64,000 bases of DNA from an uncultured Actinomycetes bacterium (GTDB lineage: Bacteria > Actinomycetota > JAICYB01). A model generated the notes under the pieces. The model saw only the letters and a list, made by a program, of their open reading frames with translations, had not been told where the DNA came from and ran no database searches. Position 1 is the first letter of the stretch. Each line of letters starts with the position of its first letter. The stretch covers positions 204,297-268,296 of the forward strand of contig CAVXYW010000002.1 in assembly GCA_963766295.1 (NCBI GenBank). Direction: 5' to 3'. This document shows, in pieces, positions 53,576 through 63,109 of the stretch. A program made the position numbers and the translations under genes.

Positions 53576-54673
53576 TCATTGCGGACTGATCGCGCGCAAG
53601 TAGGCCTCACTCAGGCTCTCCATCATCTGCTGGGGTGAATGGTTTTCGACTTGGCATCTGCCGGCCGATCCCATGCTCGCAGCGAGCCCGGGATCATCGA
53701 TGAGCCGGACGATACGATCGGCTGCACTCTGATCGTCGCCCGGCGCGAAGAGAAACCCTGTTTCACCTTCTCGAACAACGTCTCTTGTACCAACGACGTT
53801 GGAAGCCACGACGGGGCGGCAAAGGCTCATTGCCTCGAGAACGACGAACGGAGCACCTTCCCAGCGGGATGAAAGCAATAGCACCGAACTCGCTGCTATC
53901 GCAGTCGTCCCATCGAGCGTGGTGCCGACCACATCGATCTTCGGATCGAGTCTGGCGGCTAAGGATCGGACCTTCTCGTACATCGGGCCCTCGCCGACGA
54001 TGACGGCCTCCAACTCCGGCCTGAGCCGCCGCGCGTTCGCCATAGCCTTGACCGCCGTGATGGGATCCTTTTGATAGACCAGCCTGTTTACCGCCACCAC
54101 TCTCGGTGTGTGTGGCATCGGAGAAGGCTCGGCCACAAGTGAGACGGCATTCGGGATCATCTCGATCCGATCTGGCGAGTGGATCCGTGAAAGGACGTCG
54201 GCTTCGCTCGGCGAAACCGCGATGATCACGTTTGTAAAGGGCGCCATCGACCGTTCTATCGCCCATTCACCGAGCCACCGAGTGCCCTTCCGATCATCGG
54301 AGAAGCGCAAACCGTTCGGCGTGTGCACCGATGGGATCCGTATTCGCGCCGCCACGGGTCTTGCTATGGCGCCGGCTGCCGTGCTGTGTGAATGCATCAC
54401 GTCCGGCCGCCAATCTTTGGCGAGGTGGGCAAGTTTACGCGCTGCCCCGATGTTTTTCGGGTGCCAGGGAAAGGTATGCATTCCGATCTCGACTACTCCC
54501 ACGCCTGATGCCTTGAGTGCAGTTGAGAGATCGCTGTCGGTCGACCCCCAAACTCGAGCCGCAGGCATGGCGACCATCACTTCATGCCCTGCTCGTGTCT
54601 GGTGTTCGGCCAGGGTCTTCACATAGAAGCCGACACCGGCAACGACGGCTTCTAGTACGTGGAGGATCCTCAA
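53576..54673 (-). CDS. GT4 (GT-B fold) glycosyltransferase
   Basis: 'MRILHVLEAVVAGVG' and 'LLSSRWEGAPFVVLEAMSLCRPVVASNVVGTRDVV'. Confidence 0.85.
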   Translation of the reverse strand: MRILHVLEAVVAGVGFYVKTLAEHQTRAGHEVMVAMPAARVWGSTDSDLSTALKASGVGVVEIGMHTFPWHPKNIGAARKLAHLAKDWRPDVMHSHSTAAGAIARPVAARIRIPSVHTPNGLRFSDDRKGTRWLGEWAIERSMAPFTNVIIAVSPSEADVLSRIHSPDRIEMIPNAVSLVAEPSPMPHTPRVVAVNRLVYQKDPITAVKAMANARRLRPELEAVIVGEGPMYEKVRSLAARLDPKIDVVGTTLDGTTAIAASSVLLLSSRWEGAPFVVLEAMSLCRPVVASNVVGTRDVVREGETGFLFAPGDDQSAADRIVRLIDDPGLAASMGSAGRCQVENHSPQQMMESLSEAYLRAISPQ

Positions 54674-55740
54674 GAAGTCATGGCTTTTCTGTACGCCTGT
54701 ATGTATCGCCTAACTGTTTCGTCCCAGGTGTAATTTGCGGCGCGCTCGCGGGCCAGCGCTCCCAACCTGCGTCGTTCGTCTTCGTCCGAAAGCAGGCGTT
54801 GGAGGGCTTCCGCCAATGCTTCATGGTCGCCGGGTGGAACCAGGGTCACGCAGCCGTCGCCCATCTCTCTTATCGGAGGGATGTCGGCGGCAACGATCGC
54901 TGCGCCTGCCCCCATAGCCTCCAAGCACACCATCCCGAAGCTCTCGTCGAGGCTCGGATGACACACCACCGTTGCTTGCGAATAGAGGGCGCCTATCGAG
55001 TCGTACATCTCGCCGAGGAGGATGCAGCGTGCTGGAGCGATATTGCTTGCGATCTGTTCCTTTACGAGATCGGCTCGGTAACCATCGGGGCCCGCTATGA
55101 AAAGAGGTGGGGCGCTGGGGCCAAGTTTGGCCATGGCCTTGGCCAGCACATCGAATCCTTTGCGTGGAGTCAGCGCTCCAGCAGCCAACACGAACGGACC
55201 CTCATGATCGAGACTCGCCGCCGAGGTCGAGGGGAGCTCGAACCCCGGTGGAGCTATGACCAGTCGCTCGGAGGGATATCCGTAATCAATGAGATCCTGC
55301 GCAGACGACTTGCTGTTGACGACTACAGTCGCTGCTCTTGACAGCGCGCCGAGCCGACTTCTGCGCAGCCGTAAAGCTCGTTCGGGATGGAAGTCACGTT
55401 CGTGCTTTAACGACTCGTGCCAAGTTAGGACCAGTGGTTTGTTCGTCGGCGGCGGCACCATGTCCAGCGAATGCACGACATCTATTTCGCCGAGGATCGT
55501 TTCTGCTTTTAGCCGTCCGACTCGCCAAAGTGCGTGAACCAGACGTAGAGGCAAACCGATCCGAAGGGAGTTGCCGTCTTTGAATTCTCCTCCGCGGCCG
55601 AAGGCGAACCCTCGTGGAACGACTTCGCTCGAGTTCGATAGTCGCTCCCATAGTGTTCGGGAGTACCTTCCGACGCCCGTAATGCCAACGACAGCAGCGG
55701 AGAGGTCGACTCCAACCCGAATAGGGTCGGAATAACTCAT
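54670..55740 (-). CDS. GT4 (GT-B fold) glycosyltransferase
   Basis: 'IRVGVDLSAAVVGITGVGRY' and 'CHPSLDESFGMVCLEAMGAGAAIVAADIPPIREM'. Start ATG 55740 overlaps the upstream stop (ATGA). Confidence 0.85.
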   Translation of the reverse strand: MSYSDPIRVGVDLSAAVVGITGVGRYSRTLWERLSNSSEVVPRGFAFGRGGEFKDGNSLRIGLPLRLVHALWRVGRLKAETILGEIDVVHSLDMVPPPTNKPLVLTWHESLKHERDFHPERALRLRRSRLGALSRAATVVVNSKSSAQDLIDYGYPSERLVIAPPGFELPSTSAASLDHEGPFVLAAGALTPRKGFDVLAKAMAKLGPSAPPLFIAGPDGYRADLVKEQIASNIAPARCILLGEMYDSIGALYSQATVVCHPSLDESFGMVCLEAMGAGAAIVAADIPPIREMGDGCVTLVPPGDHEALAEALQRLLSDEDERRRLGALARERAANYTWDETVRRYIQAYRKAMTS

Positions 55741-56639
55741 TTGGATATGGCCTTCCGTCCGACGAAGTGACCTCGGGCTACGCGAAGTGAGAGCCCACGG
55801 GCGAACCCAACCGAGGCACCAAACACTCGAGCGGCGGCTCCCAGACCGCCAAATTCGTCCCTCTTGAGCACGCGGGTGATCCCCGTGTTCCAAAACCAGC
55901 CCTTACCTGCCTTGAAAGCATGGACGCGATCGGTGCGCATGAGTTTCGCGATCCTGGCGCCGGCGCCGATGCCGTAGGAGAAGTCCAATCGGAGCAGCTC
56001 GCCTCGTGATCGCCATTGTTCGTGCCACGCCAGCGCTTCGTTGTCGTAGCGACCTGAGTAACCCATGCCGTACAACCGATCGAACAGATCCATGTCCTCC
56101 GCCGCCCTCAGCGGTGCCCCGGCGCCCAGGATTTCATCGAAGCCGCCGATGTGATCAAGAGCTTCCCGTCTGACAGCGAGATTGGCGGAGTGGCCCGTCA
56201 ACCCGTGAATGCCACGTCGTAGAACGATTGGGTTGGCCCCTTCAAGCAACGCAACCGGGCGAAAGGTCTCCTCCTGCCCCTCGGGCAGTCCGATGCGTCC
56301 GGTGATGAACGCAGTTTCGGAATGCCTATCGAAGACATCACACAACGACTCTGCCCAGCGGGCCGAGGCCCGCACGTCGTCGTCCAAGAACGCAACGATT
56401 TCATTCTTCGCTTCACGCCATCCGATGTTCCTCGCTATGGACGCGCCGGGGATATCAGAGCGCAGATATCGCGCGCCGTACTGTTCGGCGATCCTCCGGA
56501 TGTCGCCGGAACTTGAAGCAGAGTCGACGACGAGAACCTCGTCATATTCACGGACCGAATTGGTCAGGGAACTTAAACATCCTTCGAGCATTGCCGGCCG
56601 GTCCCTTGTGGGAATCACGACGCTCAGGCCGGTCGGCAT
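55737..56639 (-). CDS. GT2 family glycosyltransferase
   Basis: 'LSVVIPTRDRPAML', 'EVLVVDSASSSGD' and 'IVAFLDDDV'. Confidence 0.85.
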   Translation of the reverse strand: MPTGLSVVIPTRDRPAMLEGCLSSLTNSVREYDEVLVVDSASSSGDIRRIAEQYGARYLRSDIPGASIARNIGWREAKNEIVAFLDDDVRASARWAESLCDVFDRHSETAFITGRIGLPEGQEETFRPVALLEGANPIVLRRGIHGLTGHSANLAVRREALDHIGGFDEILGAGAPLRAAEDMDLFDRLYGMGYSGRYDNEALAWHEQWRSRGELLRLDFSYGIGAGARIAKLMRTDRVHAFKAGKGWFWNTGITRVLKRDEFGGLGAAARVFGASVGFARGLSLRVARGHFVGRKAISK

Positions 56640-56690
56640 GTCAGTTGTTTGCGGAGCCTCGTAGCCTAACGAACCAAATCAGCGGTGACT

Positions 56691-58085
56691 CTAGTAAGCG
56701 CCGTGCTTGCTGACAACCGCCGGCAGCGTCCGCAGGATGATGTAGATGTCCAACAGCAGGCTCCAGTTGCGGACGTAAGTGAGGTCAAGTCGCGCGCGAT
56801 CCTCCGCGGCCAGTGCGTGACGTCCGCTGACCTGCCATAGACCCGTTATCCCCGGAGGCATGAGGAAACGTCCGCCCAGGATGCTTTCGGAGTAAGAACC
56901 CTCTCGAAGTGTTACCGGGCGAGGGCCGACCAAGCTCATGTCTCCACGCAAGACGTTGATGAATTGTGGGAGCTCGTCCAGCGACAAACGACGGAGCCAC
57001 TTGCCGATGCTCGTTACCCGTGGGTCATTGGGCGCCTTGATCGTGAATCCCCAGCCATCGTCTTGTGAGACGTGCAACTCGGCGTCCTCGTCCGATCCGT
57101 CCACCATGGTCCTGAACTTCCAAACGGTGAACACCTTGCCCCCCTGTCCCAACCTGGGCTGCCGGAAGATCGCTGGGCCGGGTGTATTGAGGCGAACGAG
57201 CATGCCGATGGTGACCATCGCCGGCATGGCAACGAGAAGTGCGAGCAGCGAGGCGACGATGTCCATGGTCCGTTTGAGGAGTCGCTGGTATGTCCGAAGG
57301 GAAGCCGGCTCCAGCGAAAGACCGGGTTCCTCGCCGACGGGGACGATCGCGAGGTTGTGCGCGAGCGTGTAGTCCAGTCCGGGAAGGATCAGAACCTGTG
57401 CCGGGAGCTGATCGGCCACGGCGACTACGTGATTGACCTCGTCTCGCTCCATATCAGTGGCGACGATGACAACGGTTCCAGCGCCTGTTCTGCGAACGAT
57501 TTGGTCGAGCTCCTGCAGCGTCACGTCCGGCAGCCCATCCCACGCAAAACCGCAAGTAGCGACCGGCTGCATTCCGCGGACGGGGTTCATCATGAGGTCC
57601 TCGAGAAGAGCCTTCGCCTCGCGTCGCCCGACTACCACGGTCGGTGTTTGCCATTTCCCTCGACTCCGCTTTCTTGCTACCAATCCCGAGAGGGCGCGGC
57701 GTTCCAAGGCAACCATTGGGATCACCAAGAGCGTGCTCAACGCGATCCATAGACGACTGGGCTCCTGCCTTAGGGCGAAGGAGATGCTCACCAAGGCAAT
57801 GGGAGCTGCGAGTCCGGCGGCTACGAGACGCCGGGCCTGTTCCACGGCATTCATATTCCGGATCGGGCTGTAGAGGCTGAAGGCGGCCATGGCTCCGATC
57901 CAAAGTGGGATCGCAAGCGCTATGTGTCCGGACAGAAGACCGGACCCCAGCCCGTCGCTCGCATACTCCAGGTTTTCGAGCGGGCCCAGGCGCAGGAGGC
58001 CGGCGGTGACCAACGCCAGCGCGACAGCCGTCATGTCGAAGACGAGGGCTGTGCTCCGCCACCAGCTGTGCCACTTCGGCTTCAT
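56691..58085 (-). CDS. polyprenyl-phosphate glycosyl-1-phosphate transferase (WbaP/CpsE-type initiating enzyme)
   Basis: N-terminal TM bundle and a central domain. The C-terminal bacterial sugar-transferase domain reads 'KRTMDIVASLLALLV...PGPAIFRQPRLGQGGKVFTVWKFRTM...DPRVTSIGKWLRRLSLDELPQFINVLRGDMSLVGPRP'. Confidence 0.9.
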   Translation of the reverse strand: MKPKWHSWWRSTALVFDMTAVALALVTAGLLRLGPLENLEYASDGLGSGLLSGHIALAIPLWIGAMAAFSLYSPIRNMNAVEQARRLVAAGLAAPIALVSISFALRQEPSRLWIALSTLLVIPMVALERRALSGLVARKRSRGKWQTPTVVVGRREAKALLEDLMMNPVRGMQPVATCGFAWDGLPDVTLQELDQIVRRTGAGTVVIVATDMERDEVNHVVAVADQLPAQVLILPGLDYTLAHNLAIVPVGEEPGLSLEPASLRTYQRLLKRTMDIVASLLALLVAMPAMVTIGMLVRLNTPGPAIFRQPRLGQGGKVFTVWKFRTMVDGSDEDAELHVSQDDGWGFTIKAPNDPRVTSIGKWLRRLSLDELPQFINVLRGDMSLVGPRPVTLREGSYSESILGGRFLMPPGITGLWQVSGRHALAAEDRARLDLTYVRNWSLLLDIYIILRTLPAVVSKHGAY

Positions 58086-58324
58086 CCGTCCCCCTAGGCC
58101 TAGCTCGGAGCGAGGCGCAGGTAACTACCTGAGGCTCGATCGCGGGGGCGAACTACGCGCGACCAACTGCCGAACCAAACCTACTTGGCGCGTTAACCGT
58201 TCCGGCCGTATGAGCCGGCACGCTAAATCAGCGCCGCGTATCGTATCACCTCGTACGACGACACATGGACCGTTGATGGTTCGCCGGCGGACGACACGCC
58301 TGAGCGGCCTATACACTCGGCCCA

Positions 58325-59740
58325 GTGGATCGGGAGCTCCGCGACTACCTCAACGTCCTCAAGAAACGCAAGTGGTATGTCGTGCTGACCCTGATGGCCG
58401 CTGTGGGCATCGCTGTTGTGCTCACGGCGCAGACCACGCCCGTTTATGAGGCCGGAGCCACGCTCTTCGTTGGTCAGAGGCAGATAGCGCGCGAGGACGT
58501 CGAGCAAGACGCCCAGGTAGCGGTGGCCGTTTCCGATCTGTCCTTCAGGCTTCTCTCGAGCTATTCGGAGGTCTTATCGTCCCGAAGCATCGCCGAAAAA
58601 GCGATCGGTGAGTTCCAACTGGATATCTCACCTCGCGCGCTCAGGAACGGCATCCGGGCACAACCGATTCCCAACACCCAGATCATCGAGCTCGTCTATT
58701 CCAATTCGGACCAGGTCCTGGCCCAACGGGTAGCAAACGGGATCGCTGATGTTTTCGTAAGGGAAATAAGCGTCTTGGATCCCTCGGTAGGCGGTGGGGA
58801 TCCGGTGGTAAATGTCTCGGTTCTGGACCGGGCCACAGTGCCGACAGACCCGGTGGCGCCGCAGCCCGTTCGCAACGTGCTCCTGGCTGTGACGCTCGGT
58901 CTGGCAGCAGGGATCGGCCTTATGTTGTTGAGGGATCGCTTGGACACAACGGTCAAGCTCCCCTCTGAGATAGAGAAAATACCCCTGCCGGTGCTCGGCA
59001 CCGTTCCAACGCTCGAAATCCCACGCGGCGCGCTTTACCTTGAGCATGACCCTCAAGGCATGGGTGGCGAAGCGTTTAGGAAGCTTCGGACCTCCTTGGG
59101 CTTTCTCGGCGTAGAACTTCCGCTTCGAACGATTCTTGTTTCGTCACCGAGCCCGACGGAGGGGAAGACAACCGTTGCGTTGAATCTCGCCGCGGCTTTC
59201 GCGTTCGGCGGGCTCCGCACGTTGCTGATCGAAGGGGACCTGCGGCGCCCCTCCTTGCACACCATGTTTGGTATGCGAGGGACCAAGGGATTGACTACGG
59301 CGATCGTCGGTCAAGTCAATGCGGCAGACGCCGTCATGTCGACTGACATACCGAACCTCTCGGTGTTGCTGGCCGGCGCCATTCCACCTAATCCCGTTGA
59401 GTTACTGGGATCAGAACAGATGTCCGAACTGCTCGATCGACTGAAAAAGCAGTTCGATGTTCTCATCATCGATTCCCCTCCGCTGATTCCCGTAGCCGAC
59501 CCGGCCGTCTTGGCAGGTCGTTGTGATGGCGTGCTGCTGGTTGCCCGCGCCGGCAAGACCGACCGTGGGCGGTTGAGCGACAGCAGTCAGATTGTCGATC
59601 GGGTCGGCGGTCGGCTCTTAGGCGTGGTCCTGAACTTCGTTCGCCGAGGTGATGATGCAATGGACTACGCCTACTACTACCAATACGCCCCACAGGACCC
59701 GGACGCCGCTCCAACGCGCAATCCTGCCGCGCGGAGTTAA
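58325..59740 (+). CDS. polysaccharide co-polymerase (Wzz domain) fused to a BY-type tyrosine kinase
   Basis: 'LRDYLNVLKKRKWYVVLTLMAAVGIAV' (Wzz N-terminus). Walker A 'SPSPTEGKTTVALNLA', A' 'LLIEGDLRRP', B 'VLIIDSPPL'. C-terminal Tyr cluster 'DYAYYYQYAP'. GTG start. Confidence 0.9.
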   Translation: MDRELRDYLNVLKKRKWYVVLTLMAAVGIAVVLTAQTTPVYEAGATLFVGQRQIAREDVEQDAQVAVAVSDLSFRLLSSYSEVLSSRSIAEKAIGEFQLDISPRALRNGIRAQPIPNTQIIELVYSNSDQVLAQRVANGIADVFVREISVLDPSVGGGDPVVNVSVLDRATVPTDPVAPQPVRNVLLAVTLGLAAGIGLMLLRDRLDTTVKLPSEIEKIPLPVLGTVPTLEIPRGALYLEHDPQGMGGEAFRKLRTSLGFLGVELPLRTILVSSPSPTEGKTTVALNLAAAFAFGGLRTLLIEGDLRRPSLHTMFGMRGTKGLTTAIVGQVNAADAVMSTDIPNLSVLLAGAIPPNPVELLGSEQMSELLDRLKKQFDVLIIDSPPLIPVADPAVLAGRCDGVLLVARAGKTDRGRLSDSSQIVDRVGGRLLGVVLNFVRRGDDAMDYAYYYQYAPQDPDAAPTRNPAARS

Positions 59741-59762
59741 CTAGGCCGAAACTCGAGCACAA

Positions 59763-61796
59763 TTGTCCGATCGTTTCACCGACGAAGTCCCAAAGATCGG
59801 CCGCTCAGGACGTATACGAGTCAGGCGGCGATTTCGTCAGGCTTGGAAGTCCAAGAAAAGACGATCTGAGCTTCGTCGTAAAGCTCAGCGCATAGTTTTC
59901 TGGCTGGCCGCGGCTTACCTCGCAACGTGCGTCATCTCGGCGATCTTCACGTTGCCGTCCGTCTGGCGGGCCGCCACTGAGGGCCGGAACCTACTGATCG
60001 ACGGTCGAGACGCCGTTCTGGCCCGCAACGACCGCGCGGCATTAGCTACGTTTCGCCGTGCAAACGACGTGCTGAACGGTACGCACTCTCGGCTTGCTTC
60101 GGTGTTCGCCTGGCCGCTCAAAGTCATGCCGATCATCTCAACGCACGTGCGCGTGTCCGAAGCGCTGGCCGATGCCGGCTCGCGTGTGGCCGAGATGGGT
60201 TTAGCGATTTCCACGGTGATGAATGAAATTCCGCAAAGCCAACTGCAGTTGGTGGACGGCCGGGCAGATCTTGACGTCGTGCGCCAAGCGTCGAAAGTCG
60301 TTGGGACGCGTTTGTCGCGATTTCGCGAGATCCAGGAAGTCGTCAGCAGGATCCCCGACGGTTGGGTCTTCAGCCCACTGAACAGTGCGCGACGTGAGGG
60401 TCGCGAACTCCTACCTATGGCCGTCGACGTCGTCGAGAAGCTTGACGTCGCACTGAACGCGCTTCCGGGATTGCTAGGTGAAGGTTCTGGCAAGAGGTAC
60501 CTCGTGGCCTTTTCCGGACTGGCTGAACTTAGAGGTACCGGTGGTCTCTACGGGTACGTTACCGATCTCGAAGCCAGCGACGGCGACCTGGATCTAGGTG
60601 ATGTCTCCGGAGATCCGGCAACGCTCTTCGCACCGCCCGGCGTTATCGGTCTGCCCTATCCCGACTGGTTCTCGGAGGATTTCAAAGAGAACAGCGGCGT
60701 CTTCATGAATATCAACCTGACGACCGACTTCCCCACGGTGGCCAAGTTCATCCTGGAGACGGCTTCTTTCTCGCTTGGTGATCTAGACGGAGTCATAGCC
60801 GTCGATCCTTTGGCCATCAGCTCACTGCTGCAAGTAACTGGACCTATAACCGTGCCGGCCTGGTCTGGAGAGATCAGTGCCGACAACGTGTCTCGGATCG
60901 CTCACCACGACGTCTATGTGGTGCTGCAGGATGCGCAGGATCGAGAGGATTTCTACGAGCAACTTGTAAGAACGACTTTCGATCGTCTGACGTCGGGAGA
61001 TATAAGGATTTCGCCCCGGTCGGCAGGTGCGCTCGATGCGGCAACTCGAGGTGGGCACCTCCGAATGTTTTCGACACACACGAGCGACCAAAAGGCTCTG
61101 GAAACCCTCGGGCTCTCGGGTGCTGTTGACCAGAATCGCGATGGCACGGATGTGCTGTCGCTTGTTTCTGAAAACGCGAACGGCAACAAGATCGACTGGT
61201 ATCTTCGCCGCGACATCGTGTATCGCGTGCGCTTGAACCCTGATAAGGGAGAAGCTGAGACGCGATTGGTCGGCTCGCTTCGCAACGATGCTCCATCGGC
61301 GGGTCTTCCCGACTATGTGATCGGGTCTCAAGCGGGGTTAGCGCCGGGGTCCAATCAGTCGCTCTTGCTCTTGCTCCGCGCTCCTGAAGATGCTCTCGAA
61401 GAGTTTCAGGTCGGCGAAGAGGAATCGCCCGTCGTACTTCGAGAACGGGAAGCTCGGTTGCGTTCCTACCGCTCGTCCGTGACTATCCCGCCCAAATCCG
61501 GCGTAACCGTAAGGGTTCGTTCCAGGGTCAAGGGCGCTGTGGTCGTAGCGGGGGAGCGGCGCCTTTATCGACTCCACGTCATTCCCCAGGCGACCGCTCA
61601 TCCTGACCATGGCGAGATCATCGTTGAAGTTCCCGCAGGATGGACGGCGCGCGGAGATACGCGGTATTCGGGAGAGCTGAATCGTCCCCTGACCCTTGAA
61701 ATCGAGCTCACCAAGACGCGTCGAGCGACCTTGGTTGACGCCTTGATCCTCAACCCCGTTCGGGCCGTGGGCCGGTTTTTCGCCGGAATTTTTTAG
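59763..61796 (+). CDS. DUF4012-like membrane-anchored extracytoplasmic protein
   Basis: Basic N-terminal tail plus one TM (IVFWLAAAYLATCVISAIFTL). The core 'YLVAFSGLAELRGTGGLYGYVTDLEASDGDLDLGDV' fits my recollection of DUF4012. TTG start. Confidence 0.7.
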   Translation: MSDRFTDEVPKIGRSGRIRVRRRFRQAWKSKKRRSELRRKAQRIVFWLAAAYLATCVISAIFTLPSVWRAATEGRNLLIDGRDAVLARNDRAALATFRRANDVLNGTHSRLASVFAWPLKVMPIISTHVRVSEALADAGSRVAEMGLAISTVMNEIPQSQLQLVDGRADLDVVRQASKVVGTRLSRFREIQEVVSRIPDGWVFSPLNSARREGRELLPMAVDVVEKLDVALNALPGLLGEGSGKRYLVAFSGLAELRGTGGLYGYVTDLEASDGDLDLGDVSGDPATLFAPPGVIGLPYPDWFSEDFKENSGVFMNINLTTDFPTVAKFILETASFSLGDLDGVIAVDPLAISSLLQVTGPITVPAWSGEISADNVSRIAHHDVYVVLQDAQDREDFYEQLVRTTFDRLTSGDIRISPRSAGALDAATRGGHLRMFSTHTSDQKALETLGLSGAVDQNRDGTDVLSLVSENANGNKIDWYLRRDIVYRVRLNPDKGEAETRLVGSLRNDAPSAGLPDYVIGSQAGLAPGSNQSLLLLLRAPEDALEEFQVGEEESPVVLREREARLRSYRSSVTIPPKSGVTVRVRSRVKGAVVVAGERRLYRLHVIPQATAHPDHGEIIVEVPAGWTARGDTRYSGELNRPLTLEIELTKTRRATLVDALILNPVRAVGRFFAGIF

Positions 61797-61927
61797 GGCG
61801 AGGTGCGGCAGTCTGCCCGTAGCCGATCACGCGTCTCCGTCGTTGGTCCTCTTGAGGTTCAGCGGTAGATTTGGTGCGCTCAGATCAAGCGGACAGCCCT
61901 CCGGCATTAAGCCGATAGGAGCAGATC

Positions 61928-63004
61928 TTGTTGAAGCGGTATAGAACGCTCGTCTTGGTGTTATCGGTCACGTTGACGGCGACGGCCGTCCTCGTTTCTG
62001 CCCAGCTGTCCGACGAGCCAGAACCGCTGGGAAACGGCGTGTCGGTCACCGAGCGGTTTGCTCTCCCGCCGGAAGTCGTCGCTGATCGAGATATCTCATC
62101 TGTCGAATCTCCTGCACGGTATCGCCTGCGATCGAGCGGCGTAGCGACCACAGAAAGGCGTCCCCCGTTGGATCTGCCTGGGATCCGACCCACCGGATAT
62201 GAGCTCGCTGAGCCGGAAGACAGGACACCGGCGCCCCCACCCGCCTTCTTCCGCGCACTCTCCGGGTCGCTGGATGGCTCGAGAGCACCCATGTTTATCA
62301 GCCAATGCTCGTACAGCCACAGCCGGAGCGACGACCCGATGGTCTATCCCCGGCAGCCCGGCGCTTCACACTTGCATGACTTCTTCGGCAACGGGCATAC
62401 AGACGCTTTCTCGACGGATGACTCACTGCGCGAGGCCGGCACTACGACGTGTAGGAACTTCCACGGCGACTCCGCCGCCTATTGGGTTCCGGCGCTGTAT
62501 CAAGAGGGGAAGAGGGTAAAGCCGTCCTATCTGGATGCCTACTACACGGCGGGTGGCAAGAACACGCGGACAGTCGAGCCTTTTCCGCGCGGTCTGAAGA
62601 TCTTGCTGAAGGACGCCGAGGCCTCGAAGTGGCACTGCATGGCGCGTGGTGCCAGCGCGGCCTTCGAGGATCCGCCCAGCTGCCCCACCGGGGAGCATCT
62701 GGCTCTTCGGTTCACTTTTCCCGACTGCTGGGACGGAAAGTATCTCGACGTGCCCGATCACAGGTCGCACATGAAATACGCGGTGGGAATGAACTGTCCG
62801 GGGAGCCATCCCGTCCCCGTTCCCCAGCTAGTGATGTTTATCGGGTATCTGGACGCGGGTAAGGGGCGCGTTGATCTTGCGCCCCTGGATGATCCCTCCG
62901 CCCCTCACGCGGATTTCGTCAATTCTTGGGACCAGGACTTCCTCACGAGGTTCGTCCGGGACTGCATCAACTCCGGGGTCAACTGCGGGACGGTCGCTCC
63001 TTAG
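61928..63004 (+). CDS. secreted DUF1996 family protein (copy 1)
   Basis: Signal peptide MLKRYRTLVLVLSVTLTATAVLVSAQ. 'CSYSHSRSDDPMVYPRQPGASHLHDFFGN' and 'FPDCWDGKYLDVPDHRSHM' follow the DUF1996 pattern. AGGAG lies 6 nt before the TTG start. Confidence 0.8.
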   Translation: MLKRYRTLVLVLSVTLTATAVLVSAQLSDEPEPLGNGVSVTERFALPPEVVADRDISSVESPARYRLRSSGVATTERRPPLDLPGIRPTGYELAEPEDRTPAPPPAFFRALSGSLDGSRAPMFISQCSYSHSRSDDPMVYPRQPGASHLHDFFGNGHTDAFSTDDSLREAGTTTCRNFHGDSAAYWVPALYQEGKRVKPSYLDAYYTAGGKNTRTVEPFPRGLKILLKDAEASKWHCMARGASAAFEDPPSCPTGEHLALRFTFPDCWDGKYLDVPDHRSHMKYAVGMNCPGSHPVPVPQLVMFIGYLDAGKGRVDLAPLDDPSAPHADFVNSWDQDFLTRFVRDCINSGVNCGTVAP

Positions 63005-63109
63005 CCCGGCCGCTTCGAGGCCGGGAACGATTCAAGCCGGCCCTCGACATGCCGATGGCAATCACGTGTCGACCAGTTTGCCTTTGTGCCGAACGCTCGT
63101 TCGCGTCTC

